Assembly (NCBI GenBank): GCA_964016885.1 | Contig: OZ024741.1 | Location: 174,530,001-174,594,000, forward strand | Direction: 5' to 3' | DNA from: Eledone cirrhosa | Taxonomy: Eukaryota | Length of the DNA stretch: 64,000 nt | Shown: positions 50,200 to 64,000 of the stretch, one piece after another | Numbering within the stretch: the first letter of the stretch is position 1 | Layout of the letters: each line of letters opens with the position of its first letter | Program-made: the position numbers and the translations under genes | Notes under the pieces: generated by a model | Database searches by the model: none | What the model saw: the letters and a program-made list of their open reading frames with translations, nothing else | Told to the model about the DNA's origin: nothing

Positions 50200-50475
50200 T
50201 AATAATAATAGTAAATTTGAAAACTAAAATCCAAAGATGGCTCAATAAGGATAAATATATATCAAATATATAAGAACCCTAGAGCAAATATTTATTAAAA
50301 TAACAGATTAAAGTTTAAGCAAAGAATCGCTGCTTTCACCCTTAACGGGATCTTCTGTAACTAAAAACATCAATCTGTGAACGCAGAAGTAAATATTTCG
50401 AAAAACGTTGCAACCGAAGGAAAACAGGAAGACGATACTTTGGTTCGTGAAGACGTTCCCTGGCAATGAACAGAA
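50200..50475 (-). mobile_element. Family P2 copy
   Basis: Aligns with 4525-4790; core CAGAAGA. Confidence 0.75.
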
Positions 50476-50790
50476 AATATATTTATAAACATATACAATT
50501 AAAACACACGCACCAGTTGGTTTTCATTTCAATTTATAATAAATTTCCGGTTGGTTGGTTCCATAACCAGAAGGTTGTTTATATATTGTCAACCCTCTAT
50601 TGTCACACATTCTGTAACCTCATCAGTCAGTAACATATACATACATACATTTGTGAACATACCTACAAACAAAAGTGGATCTGAAAAGTCACCTGCGTGC
50701 ATATGATCATGCAATGTTCAATGAAGGGGTGGCACTCTTCTGACAAGAAGTAGCAACCAGCATATTTATGTATACATATATATATATAAC

Positions 50791-51130
50791 CACATGGCTT
50801 AGTGGTTAGAGCATTGGGCTTGCAATCGAAAGGTTGTGAGTTCAATTCTCAGACCGGGTGATGTGTTGTTTCCTTGAACAAGACACTTTATTTCACATTG
50901 CTCCAGTTTACTCAACTGTAGAAATGAGATGATAGGACTGGGGTCCATATCATTCCACAGCAAAGTGGTTGTGGAGGTGCCACGGCAAAAAAAGCACCCA
51001 GCACTCACTGTAAAGGAGGTTGGTGTTAGGAAGGGCATCCAGGTGTAGAAATCAAGCCAGAATCAGTTCCCATCCCACCCTTGCAAGCAGGGAAAAGCGG
51101 ACGTAAAATGAAATGATGATGAATGATGAT
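50791..51130 (+). mobile_element. CORE-like tRNA SINE with RTE tail
   Basis: Same family as 5480-5822. Confidence 0.85.
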
Positions 51131-51489
51131 TTAGGTTTGTTGGTTCATCACTGGATAGAACTGGATTTACACCAGTCCAGCCTCCTGTTATTTTATAATA
51201 TATATATATATAGTGTGTGTGGAGCAGATTGAGTCCTCATGTCTGAGGAGCAGATCAATGCTGGAGTCAAGCTTATCACATCGTTGAGTATCTTGAGCTA
51301 ATCATTTGTGAAACATAAGGAACAGTTGATATACATTAAAAACATTTTAAAGTAAAACCTCATTATATCATACTTCACAGATATATGTATATGTTTGGAA
51401 GTTAACCTTAGAAATTTCTTAAAGTAGTTTCTGTATAATATTTTAGCATTCTCTCGGAGGAAATCTTAAGCATACCTGATTGAAACTGG

Positions 51490-51583
<94 letters not shown>

Positions 51584-52145
51584 CCTCTCTTACTCTCCCT
51601 CAATTTCTCCCATTCTTCTAGGGAGTCTCATCTAGTGCAGTCAGTGTTCAATATTTTGTTTTGTGTTTTTTCTCCCTATTTCAACTTTCCCTGATAATTC
51701 AACCTTTTTTTCTTTTTTGTTGTTTTGTTGCTATTGTTTGTGGTTGTTGTCATAGTTGTAATTACCCATTATTGTTGTTGTTATTATCCTCTCCAAAAGA
51801 ATTACTCTCATCTGTCAGGTGACCAATTATACAAACTTACTCTTTGAACATGAAATGAAAACTAAAATATCCATTGTAATGTATATTTCTAGAAACCTTA
51901 GCACTCATTTAACCTCTTACATACCCCCACTCACTTCCCCCATTCCACTTCCTTCAAACTTCTCCCCCATACCACTTCCCCCTCCCATTCCCTTATTCCC
52001 CATCACTCACACTCCCATTTCCTTCAAACTTCTTGTTATACTATGAAATTCTAAGAAGAATAAAATCTATTTTTAATTTAATAAAGTTATAAGCATGGCT
52101 ATGTTGTTAAGGAGTTAGCTTTACAACCTCAACCATGGTTTACAG

Positions 52146-52480
52146 CAGAGGTTCTCAAACTTATGGGGCCACCCTTCCCCCTCATGGCCACGTAGTACCC
52201 TCAGCACCCCCACCCCTATTTCCAAAGAGACCTGCCTACACGCAAATTGTAAATAATATATAATAAATAAAATCGTTAATTTATATATAATAAATAATGT
52301 AATATATACTATGTATAAATAAATATTATATATTTTTTATTTTACTATATTTATATATAATATGTAATCATTTGATATTTGATATACTACTATATCATCT
52401 CTACCACCCCAGCATGCCCCTGGACCTTCTCAATGTGTGTGTGTGGGGGGGGGGGGTAATGCCCACATTCAAAACCTCTG
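52146..52480. mobile_element. hAT (Charlie-like) MITE inside an old SINE
   Basis: Ends CAGAGGTTCTCAAAC / AAAACCTCTG. No matching TSD found. Confidence 0.5.
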
Positions 52481-53000
52481 GGCAAGAGTTAACCTATGCC
52501 TTTGTAAATTTGGTAAACAAAGTGTGCAGAAGCCCATGGTGTGTGTGTGTATCCATGCTTGTGGTTACATTAAACATTTGTATATGTCCAATTTATCAGT
52601 AGTTCAACACAAAGAACTTGATAAAATAAAATAAATACTGGGGTCAATATTATCTGACTAAATCCCTTCATGACCACAGCACAGTTGTTGAAACTAGTAA
52701 AAGAATCATATTTTATCCAGTGTTTTTAGGGGGGGGGGGTCACTCATTTTTTAAAGCTGCTGCTGGTATTCTGTTTTCTTTTGTCTTTTTTTTTTCATTT
52801 TAAAATCTGCGTTTATTTTCATATTAATTGGTATTTCTTCAAAGCTGCATAATGCCCTTACTGACTGACATTAACAGTTCACTAACTATATAGATAGTAA
52901 AATCAGGCATATTTTTATCTTGACAGACAGACTAAAAGAGTGTAATACATACCAACATAAACCTAAATTGGTTAACAAGCTAATGAGGAAACCTCTATAA

Positions 53001-53149
53001 CAGGCATTGGCAACCTTTTTTGAGCAGTTGGCTGCATGAGATATGGTTCATCATAAGGCAGGCGGTACTACTACTAAAAAAAGGCATGGTAATTTTGAAA
53101 TTTAGGTGAGTCATTCAGAAAGCCAAATGGATCAGTTTGCCTGTGACTG
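53001..53149. mobile_element. hAT MITE with 8-bp TSD
   Basis: Ends CAGGCATTGGCAAC / GTTTGCCTGTGACTG. TSD CTCTATAA / CTCTACAA. Confidence 0.65.
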
Positions 53150-56100
53150 CTCTACAAGTTCCCTACTAGAAATAGCAATTAATTCTCCCTCAAATACACC
53201 CTATATATAGTCTTGAAAAGAAAAGAAAAGAACTCCATTTGGGAAAGCATATAAAATGAAAATACCCATCATAGATTTTCTAAGAAACAAATATGAAAGT
53301 ATATAAGTATATCACAACAAAAAATATGTTACCATATGACTTGGGTTGATAAAATATGTAAGGACAGATTAATGCATAGCAGCATAAACTTAAATTGTTT
53401 ACTAAGCAAATGAAGAAATCACTGCATGTTTGCTGACCTGTTAGAAATAGAATAAACCTATCTCAATCATACCCTTTTGCCTTAAAAAAAAAAGAAATGA
53501 GATTGGGTAATGTGATGTCTTAGTCATGCAAAGGTCAAGACAATGCCTTTTTTTCTTTGAGAAAGCTTTCATCTCATCATTTTTATGTTCATTTTGTTTT
53601 ACAGCCATATTACCTTCCTGATGCCAACCCCGTTAGTTGCCTTTTATGACATACAAGAATATGGTTGTACCTATAAAGAAAACACACTCACATATACATA
53701 AATACACACACACACATATATGAAATATACACCATGTCTAAAAAAAATAGGATGATAGCAGATTAAATGCTTTTGAATACAGGTTTGCTAGATCATAACT
53801 GACATGGGCTAAACAACAACACTTTGATACTTGGTGTCATTTCATTTCATTACAATCTGATTCAAATCTTGTGAAAGTTGACTTTGCTTTCATTCATATG
53901 AAGTCAATGAAATAAGTACCGGTAACATATTTAAGTCAATATATTCAACTGTCACTCTCCTATCACTTCCAAAATATTTGTCCGTTATCCCATATAAATT
54001 AGTTAAAAGTCAAAGTCTTCTGGAGCCTAAGAGCTGTGAACACAATATACCACCCAGAGATCAAAACCACGACCTTATGATTGTGCTTCCAACATCCTAA
54101 CCACTAGGCCACACACTTTCACATGCTTATGTAAAAATAATTATAAATATTCTGTTTTCTGACATAGAGAGAGATGGACTCCACCTGGTTTAAAATGACC
54201 AAGATACTGTGTGTCAGGATGGCATTTCTATGACTCCATCAGTAGCTAATGGCACTTTACTTTACTAATAAGAGGGTGGTGGAAGGAAGAATGCAGCTAA
54301 CAAAATGCCTTACAGTATTTTATTACATTCCTTTACATTTTGAATACAAATTCTACAAGGTTGACGTAGCCTTTCACCCTTCCAAGGGTCATTATAAACA
54401 ATGAGTGTTAATTTTGAATCATGAATTGAGTCTTATCATATCCATTTTAAAAATTAGTTTGAAGCAAATTTGAAGTTCTATCATTCCTGGTTGACAGTAG
54501 TGAAGTGTACTAAATGTTGGTTCCAACATAGCTTTCAGCTATTTCTATTTATTTTTGAAAGTTCTTGTTGGTATTATTATTACTACCTTTACCATCATCA
54601 CCATCCACCACCATCATCATTGTTATCATTTTCACCACAACCTGCTATCATATTACTGTCCTGCTTCTACTGCCACCCATTATTATTCTCCAATATTATC
54701 CTCTATCATTGATACAGTCTACACCATTATTAGTAGTGATACTTTGGAATTGACTCAGTTAACCATTAGCATTTAAACCAGTCATATCCAGCCAGAATTC
54801 TCTCACCTCTTTCCTTTCAAAAACCCGGCTGTAACTGGCCACTCATACTAATGTTAAGGTATTTTTCTCAAAATAAACAATATCAAAATCTCATAGATTC
54901 GATATTATGTGAGATAATTATGTGAAATAAAGTGTTTATCATGAAAATACAATAGTAAATAAAGAGTAATGTAAATGCTAAAGGATTAATGCCTCCTTTT
55001 TCTTTTACATAAACTGGATACTGTTACTCCAAAGAAAATATTTTCATTGTTATTTCATTATTATTATTGTTATCATCATCATCAAATTATTCTGTTGCCC
55101 ACCTCGTGGATTGTTTCTCTGTCAACCACTTGCCACAGGTCTCTGTCCTCTGGGGCATTTTTGCTCATCTCGTTGACAGCATTTGGCTGTTTTAATGGCT
55201 GTTCTAGAAATGGGTTTTCTCATTTTTATATGTATTATTAAGGCTGTGGATTGGCAGTATCGATAGAGTGTTAGACAACATGCTTCGCAATATAGAGTTA
55301 TGGCCTTTAATGTACTTTGTTCAAATCCTGCCAAGGTTAGCTTTACCTTTCCTCCTTATGGGGTCAATAAATAAAGCACCAGTTATATACTGGGGTTGAT
55401 TTAATCGATTTTCCCTTCCCCAAACATTGCTGGCGTTGTGCCTAAAGTAGAAACAATCATTACGGTAGATTGGCAGTGTCAGTAACGTCGCACAAATGCA
55501 TAGCAATATTTGTTCCAGCAAACTCTGTTATTAATAATGTACATGTCAAGTAAATTACTGGCCTTGTGCATAAATTAGAAATTATCATTATTACTAAGAT
55601 GTTGTAAAGTTCTGAACTATTCAGTGTCATTCTTGTATAAATTAACTTTGTTTTTTGTCCATCTGGAGTCAATAAAATATACCAGTAATATGTTGTTGAT
55701 TCTATCATATAATATTATTCATCATAGAATCTCTTGATATTTTCTTTAACCTTTCAGCATTTAAATTGGCCACACCCGGCCAGAATTCTCTCAGTTCTTT
55801 CTGTTCAAACCGGCTATAACTAGCCACTTATACTTATGTTAACGTATTGTTCTAAAAATAAATAATATCAAAATCTCATAGATTCGATTTCATACAGGTA
55901 AAAAAAAAAATAAACAATATATTTATTTAAAAAAACATCTGCTCTTATGGGACCCTAGAATATCTTTTCATCGAAATCTGAGGTTCTTGAGACTCAGAAA
56001 TATCAGTCTGATGTTTTATAGATAGAGTCCATCACTATTTTTCTAAGACCGTTGCACTATTTCTTTTATAAACATGTAAAAATACTGAACAATGTGTATT

Positions 56101-58813
56101 AGCTTTTGGATGATGCAATCTGGAATTTTTTTTTTTTTTTTTTTTTTTAAATTTATTACATCATTTTTTTTTTTTTCCAAAGCTCATCTATCTTTCAATT
56201 TCTTAGTGAAGCCGTCTGTTACTACTGCCACATCCAGAAAGTTGACAGCTTGAATGCATATTTTTAGCATTCATTTTTCACTGTAGAATCATTTTGAGTT
56301 TTTTTTTCTTTCTTTTTTACCTTTTTTTTTTCTCGGATCTATTCTTTGGGGATTTTTTTTCAATTTCCTTTTTGTATATTCTATATCAGGTTATCTGGTT
56401 TTCTTCACTAATATCCAGATGACTGAATAGTTTACCTCAGAGCTTTTGCACACAGCCGCATATATTATTATCTCCAATGTTTACTAACATGGTAGAAGTA
56501 GTAGGTGTGAAATGCTTATAGTGTACAAATTGGGGATTGGAACCAGGTGTTAAGGTGAAAAAAAAGACCAATCCTGCTATCTAACAATTTGTTAGAATCA
56601 CTTGATTTACTAGAACCTGCAGCAAAATTTCTCTTAAAGTACATACTACTGCCTTAAAACTGGAACGACATATTGGATATTGTGAACAAAGTGCAGGGGG
56701 GGGGGGGGTCAATACTGCTAATAATTTGTTAGAACCTCTTGACTTTCTAGAAACTGGTGCAAAATTACTCTTAAAGCACACACTACTGTCTTAAAACTGG
56801 AAGGATTCATAGGATATGAATAGGGGCTTAGTCAATTCTATCAATTTCCAGTCTTTATTTTGGGGATTTTTTTTAATCAGATTACTAAGTTATAGAACAT
56901 AAACACAAACACACATATATATATATACAACAAGTTCCAGCTTTTTCTGCTTACCAAATTCCATTTGCAAGGTATTGATCAACTTGATATTATAGTAGAA
57001 GACACATGTCCAAGGTATCATGCTGTAGGATTGAACTTATAACCATGTGGTTACAAAATGAACTCATTAACCACACGGTCATGCTTGCACCTATGTTTTT
57101 GAAAAAAGACAATTTTTTAATTAGTTTTAGTCACGAGGGGATAGCAGTGCTCATGACTGATTTTAGGGAATTCCAGACTAGTGGGATGTTGAGAGAAAGG
57201 TATGCTCAAAGCAGAGACCTGGTCCAAATGCTTGCAGCAGAATGTAGACTCTAATAATGGTATCTGAGGGCCAGAGGATGGTGGTATTAAACCACTTAAA
57301 TAGGCCACTGTGAGATTTGATCTCAGAACAAATACTGGAAGACCTTGTCCGATACTCTAACAGTTTCACCAATTCACGACACTGGACTGGGAGTTTTATT
57401 TTATCAACCTAGTGATTAAGGTGTTGGCCTTATGATTGTAATGTGAGTTTAGTTCTTCGACCTGGTGGCACAAAACACTTCATTTCCCATTGCTCCAGTC
57501 TACTCAGCTGAAAATGAGTATCATTTCAGGTTAACTCTACGATGGACTGATGTCCTCTCCAGGGAGGCGTCTTGTACTCTCAGTCGTTTAACGCCAGTGG
57601 AACCTGAATAAGCACTGGCCTGATGAGCCTCCTTGTTTGAGACAGACTTGAACTTTTCTTTTTAAAATGGTGAAAGGCAAAATTGATCTCAACAGGATCA
57701 AAACTCAGAGCACAGATTGCTGCAACAAATATCTTAAGGTATTTTATTGACCCTCTAACAAATCTGTGAATGTGTAGAGTAATTTTCTACAAGAAATTGC
57801 AACCAAATTTTCCTCAAACTCCATCTTAAAAGGGGAAGGATACATTAGGTAATGTTGTCCTAAATACACTCATCATCAGCATCATCATTGAATTTTTCAT
57901 ACTGGCATGGATTGGCTGGGATCTTTTGAGGTGGTGTTTTGCAACTAGATAGTTTTTCTGACACAAACGTTTTTAGTTGATTCTTATGACATACAGGGAT
58001 ATTGTATACATATTCTAAATTGTACACACACTATATTTAAAAAAGAGAAGTCGATGTTCACAGCTGGAATACATTTGATCATATGTCTGCTAGATCAGAG
58101 TTGACCTTGGGCTAAACAACCACATATTTGTTTGCTCTGTTTCCTCCACTTCCCTCAGTAATGAAATCTCTGTTATTTACTGACTTGGTTAGTTTGTTTG
58201 TCTCATTAGACACTGCTTCTGGCATATTTCTGATTCCAGCTTCTTTGGCATTGTGAGAGCTAGGCAGTTTTTATAGATTGCCTAAATAGGTGCCAGCCTA
58301 AGTGTGTGGTTAAGAAGTTTGCTTCAGAATCACACAGTTTCGAGTTCAATCCCAATGCATGACACTTTGGAGAAATGTCTTCTACTATAGCCCCAAGGCA
58401 TCTAATGCTTTGTTAGTAGGTTTGATTGAGAGAAACTGTAGGAAGCCTGTCATATATATATGTAGAAGTGTGTCTGTAAGTCAGTCAATTTGGCAGAGTT
58501 GTCAGTGTTGGATAACTTGTTCTTTTCCTCTGTGTTCTCTGTTCAAATCCCATCAAGTTCCACTTTGCCTTTCATTCTTTCAAAAGTGAAAGCGATGTGG
58601 GGGTGGGGGGGGGTGTCTGTGTCTGTTCACAACTGCATGGGCACCTAAAACCTCTAACTAAAGTATGGTAAATACTATCAAGTCATATACTATTGGAAAT
58701 CACAGCTGTAGTGGTAGTGTTTTTAAGTGTACTTGTCTTTATGTGTGTCTGTGTCTGTATGCCAGTTGCTGCAAAATGTCATAATTGACACTGTTTATAG
58801 AAAGCAAACCATG

Positions 58814-58860
<47 letters not shown>

Positions 58861-59749
58861 AAGATTGTGTAGCCCAAACTACATTATCTTTATGTGTTCT
58901 TCCTATTTTTAAGTGGTGAGAGTGTGGAATAATCCTTTTGATACCAAACTGCCTCAGACTGCACCTGGTTCAATGAAATTAATCTCATTTAAATTGTTTA
59001 TATCATCATCATCTAATGCCAATTTTTTCTGTTAGCAAGGGTTGTTTACATGTAAATTTAAACCTTTTATAATTGTATGTGAGAACCTTTTGTTAAGTTA
59101 TGTTTGAAACACAGGCTTAATAGCAGAGAAGTTAGTTATTTTACTAAAATCTTTCAAATTCTTGATTTTTTTTTTCTTTTTTTTTTCTTCCAAAATTAAG
59201 TGAAACATTTACGAGAAATATGGACTTGAAAGTGTTAAGGGACATTTGACTGCCATTTCTAGCAGGCCAGTCAGCCATGTAAGGCTCAATCACACAATGT
59301 TATCTGTTGCTGTGATACCACACTCACTGCTGTAGTATCATGCTGAGCCTCTCCTACATTCAGGTATATTAACTTTCATCAGACCTTAATACGTCATGCT
59401 GAGTTCATCCTACATCTAGGTGTATTAGCTTTCATCAAACCTTACAAGCAAGACATTTCTTTTGTCTCCTGCAGTCACTAGCAAAGGTATTGATCCCTTC
59501 ATTGACAATCATCATCATCATTTAACATCTGCTTTCTATGCTGGTATGGTTTTAATGAGTCAGAGGACTGTGTCTCACTCATACTTTCCATTTTTGACAT
59601 GATGCTCTTCTTAACACCAACTACTTTACAGATTGTACTGGGTGCATTTGATCATGGTACCAACACTAGAAAGGATTGCTTTATTCCCTATATGATAAAG
59701 GATCCTCTCCACTCAACATCGTCTCTTTCAGGCAAATGTACCTGAGTGA

Positions 59750-60250
59750 AGGTATGTGGCCTAGTAGTTAGTGAGTTGAACTCCCAATCATAAGGTCATG
59801 TGGGTTCAATTCATGGCCTGCGTGTATTGTATTCTTGAGCAAAACACTTGATTCATGTTACTTTTCATTAAAACTCTGAGAAACCTCCTGTGAGATGCAA
59901 CCTCATAGGAGGTCAGTTAAATCTGTACAGGTTTGAGCTGTATAGCAACAACAACACATAGAGTACTGTGTGGCCCTAGTATTAAAACAACCAAGAAGCT
60001 TCCTGTGAGATGCAACCTTGTAGGAAGCCAGCTAAACCTGCAGAGGTGTGAACTATAACAATAACATAAGACTGGGGCCTCCAATCATTTAAGCATATGA
60101 GAAACCTCCTATGAGATGCTGCCACATAGGTCAGCTAAGTTTGCATAGGTGTGAGCTGTAGCAACAACATAATAGGACTGGGCCCCCCCTATCATTAAAA
60201 CACAAGAAATCTCATAAGAGATCAGCTAAAGCTGCATAGGTGTGAGTTGT
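59750..60250 (+). mobile_element. Old CORE-like SINE with about 4 tandem copies of a 100-120-bp 3' module
   Basis: Head TGGCCTAGTAGTT..GGTTCAATTC..TTGAGCAAAACACTT, then repeated GAGAAACCTCC..GAGATGC..CAGCTAA..GGTGTGAGCTGT. Single-module relative at about 27555-27740. Confidence 0.65.
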
Positions 60251-62580
60251 TATCTTCATATCAAATGTGCCTGGGAGTGTCATTAAAAGATAATGAACTC
60301 TATCTCTGAATTTTATATCTCTACCTAGGATTCCTTTGATGAGGATGTGTAAAATACTTCTACTCATCTCAGTATTATTTCTGTATCCTAATAAGATCTT
60401 TCATTGATATTCCATTATTCTTCTCATTTCATTCACATTTTCTATCAGTTCACCTCATTTTCCTGCTAAAGCAAGCAGTTGCATAAATCAACAGGTCATT
60501 GCCTCCATGCAGCTGTGTTATCTTACTGGTTTTAGTCTTTTGAATGTGACCATGCTGTGACATTGCTTTCCATGATTTGAATCGATTATATTATGATGTC
60601 ATGTGTAAAACTGTTCAAACAAGATTTAAATGACTATATGTCTGAACTGAATTAGTGCTAATATCATTTTAATTTTTTATTTCACTCTATTAACTCTATC
60701 TTTGGAGATGAAACAGTTTTTGAAGATTTCCATTTAGTGAAGGCCTGTGGCCTAATGGTTAGTTAGAGTGTTTGGCTCATGATCATGAGGACATGTGTTT
60801 GACTACCTGACCAGGCAACATATCACGTTTTAGAGCCAGACACTTTATTTTATATTGCTCCAGTACACTCAGCTGAAAATGAGTACCAGCAGTAACTGGA
60901 GGTAGGGTTAGCTCTGTGACAGTCACTTAACATCCATGACCCCCAAGTAAAGCTGGACTCTTTCACCCCATGCAAGCCAGGAAAAATAGATGTAAAATTA
61001 TAACTCTAACTCACATCAGTTCAACATATGCAAGCTTGGAATAGTGGATTTAAAGATGATGATGATGGTTGTGTCTGACGCACACACTTACAAACTCTGT
61101 CTCACACACACATAAACTCTCTCCCTTTCTTGTTCTCTCTCTCTAACTCATACACACTGACACAAACTCTTTCATTCACTATCTCTCACACACACAACCT
61201 CTAACTCTCTCTCTCTCTTTCTATCTATCTATCTCACACATATACCTCTAACTCTCTCTATATATATCTACCTCACACACACATACTCACACCTAACTTC
61301 TAACTCTCTCTATATATCTATCTCACACATATACAGACACCTAACCTCTAACTCTCTCTCTCTATATATATATATATCTCACATACACATAACCACACCT
61401 AACAGCTAGCTCTTTATATATCTATCTCTCATACACACCAAACCTCTAACTCTCTCTCTCTCCCATATACACAGTCATTCTCCCTCCTTATCACATTTTA
61501 TGGCAGCTGTCTTGTTATCAGATATAGTTCTTTCTTCCTCTTCTTCCTTTATCTAATTTATACATTCTTTTGTGTGTTTTATGTGTATTTTAATTGGTCT
61601 GGAAGACTGCAGTATGTTGACAACTAACTGATGGTGGTGGTCTGGTTGGGGTGTGTATGTGTGGTGGTGGTAGTTGATGGTGTTCGTGTTGGAGATGGCG
61701 GTAGTGTTGGTATTGATGTTGGAGGTGTTGATGATTTTGGTGGTGGTGTTGGTAGAAGTGGTCTGTCTGCTCCAGCCAGCTCCACCCCTTACTTCAGATC
61801 ACCACCACACCACTGAACACACTAAGAATTTTTCACCTAAAGTAGTGTTCATGACTTGTCATTTAAAATACTGTGTTTCACATGCCTACCCTTCTTACAG
61901 GTGTTTCTTCCAGTTCAAGTGTAAGAAATCACCACCACCATCATCATCTAGAAGATAAAGAAAATTATCATATTTTGAAGTTTTATTTGTTTACAAATTA
62001 ATCAAGGAAAGAAAGGCATTACCTTTAAAAAAAAGCAAGAAGGGTATCCAGCTATAGAATTTTGCCTCCAAAACTTCATTCCAAACCATGTTAATATGGG
62101 GAAATAGCTGTAAAACTGATGATGATGAACTCCATATATGGTCGCTACGTTTTGAAACATTCTTATTTAAGCAGATCTTGTCTAATCTCAATCTTTAGAG
62201 GATTCATCAGAAAATACACACAGAAAAATAGATGAACAAACAACTACATCTTTACCTTGTCAGTCATCTTCTGGCATGCAATTTTGTGCATTAAAAAGGG
62301 ATTGCACATGTAATGTCAGTTTGTGCATCAGTTTGGAGAACTGCTCTATTGGTAACATGCTTCAGACACTGGCGTCCTTGGCCCTAGGACCACCTCCCTA
62401 CCCACTCCCATCGGCACAGAGTTGGCTACCTGAAGGTGTGAGCCTCACGAGCTGGAATGGCTCTTCCAGTGCGTCTCCCTCACCATCCTCCAGGGAAACG
62501 CCTTCTCTATTCTGTCTGCCGGGGCCGGGAGGCGACCAGCGTGTGGGCCCCTATTTGCTTATAATAGTGAAAAATGGTGT

Positions 62581-62850
62581 ATCATCATTCATCATTTCAT
62601 TTTACGTCCGCTTTTTCCCTGCTTGCAAGGGTGGGACGGGAACTGATTCTAGCTTGATTTCTACAGCTGGATGCCCTTCCTAACACCAACCTCATTTACA
62701 GTTAGTGCTGGGTGCTGTTTTGCCGTGGCACCTCCACGGCCACTTTGCAGTGGAATGATATGGACCCCAGTCCCTATCATCTCATTTCTACAGCTGAGTA
62801 AACTGGAGCAATGTGAAATAAAGTGTCTTGCTCAAGGAAACAACACATCA
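62581..62850 (-). mobile_element. 5'-truncated CORE-like SINE with RTE tail
   Basis: Same family as 5480-5822; head missing. Confidence 0.8.
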
Positions 62851-64000
62851 TATATATATTTATTTACCACACCACATTAATACTTAAAGGTCATTGTAAT
62901 TCGGGGTTGTTTTATTTGCAAATATTGGTGATTAATTAATTAATCGATTTTATCTTATAGAAAGACCAAATTAGTCCTGGAAGCTATGGTAAATATGAGG
63001 GTCACTTATATCATTGCAAAGATTATACAGCAAAATTTACAGTTGTAAAGTATTATGACTAGAATTAAAACATATCTTTCAAAAGTAATAACACCTGCCT
63101 CTTGGTGGGTTGGCAAGATCTTATTGTTTCTTAGTGGTTCTTATTAACATTTTTGGCTCCATGCCTCACCAGGATAGCCCCCCCCCCCCCTTCCATAAAA
63201 AAAAACTTTTCCCACTTCTCCCATTTCTCATTATGTTTGGTGTAAAAAAGATATAATGTAAAATTTAGAAACATTGATTCCCCACCCCCCACCACCCCGC
63301 CAAAAATAAATATCAATTAAAATTAAATCACCTCTCTGTAGGATGTGTACCCCACATTCAGAATCACTAGTTTTAGCATAGATGGATTTAAAGACCAGTT
63401 TTTAAATGTTTTTTAATTATCAGCTTCATTATTATCATCATCATCATCATCATCATATTTACATCCACTATTCCATGCTGGCATTGGCTTGGGTAGGAAT
63501 TTTTGAGGCAATGTTTCATGGTCGGATGCTCTTCCCATTACCAACCCTTTTAGTCACTGTTTGCGACACTGAGATAATTAGTGCTTTGAAAATAGTTTCT
63601 TCATATTAATTTGATGTATTTTATCTAATTCCATCATAGTTAATTACTAATAACTCACTGTGCCTACCTGCCTAGTAACTTAACTACTATCTTTTAACTG
63701 TATCTCATTACATCCCACTGTTTTCTCTGCTTTCCTTATCAAGACTTTATGCATATTTTTTTAATCTCAAACACCATCTTAATGTATATTTGCACTAAGT
63801 AGTTTATTCCATTTCATTTATTGCAAGCAGCTTTAAGCCATCCGTAAATAAGAGATTACTATTATTATTATTATTATTATTATTACTATGTAACCTGTCT
63901 CACATTACATACACATATGCATTTCTTATATCTACATGTGTATTTCTCTCTCTCTTATATATATATTTATATATACATATGTGTATACCGTTTTCTTTCT

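Noticed and set aside
50520-50632. Minus-strand CTGATGA GGTT...AACC GGAAA hammerhead candidate
   Set aside because: There is an extra G in the GAAA box, G at the cleavage position, and no stem I pairing.
57615-57650. CTGATGAGCC motif
   Set aside because: It is part of an old SINE 3' end; no stem II or GAAA.
59338-59446. Two-copy 56-bp repeat with CTGATGA on the minus strand
   Set aside because: No GAAA box or stem I; treated as a simple tandem duplication.

Overview
AT-rich, microsatellite-dense eukaryotic DNA with no confidently identifiable host gene. The SINE, LINE and microsatellite content resembles a cephalopod (octopus-like) genome; this is an inference. The window is a mosaic of transposable elements, most of them inserted into (TA)n tracts. 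It holds one apparently intact RTE-clade LINE (40884-44162, APE endonuclease plus RT) with a PHD-type zinc finger inserted downstream of the RT YADD motif, and several truncated RTE copies, one with a clean twin-priming 5' inversion. There are also R4/Dong LINE fragments, two Rep-deleted Helitrons plus a tandem non-autonomous one, a decayed Tc1/mariner (maT-like) transposon, hAT/piggyBac/mariner-type MITEs, and many tRNA-derived SINEs (CORE-like with RTE tails; Nin/Deu-like). The most striking unannotated signal is a set of four mutually unrelated short non-coding inserts in (TA)n that fold by eye into type I hammerhead ribozymes. Three carry an inverted copy of part of themselves at the 5' end (Penelope-like fold-back), and one family has a non-canonical CAGARGA core. 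Most ORFs in the supplied track are microsatellite artefacts. All folds and alignments were done by eye and need computational confirmation.
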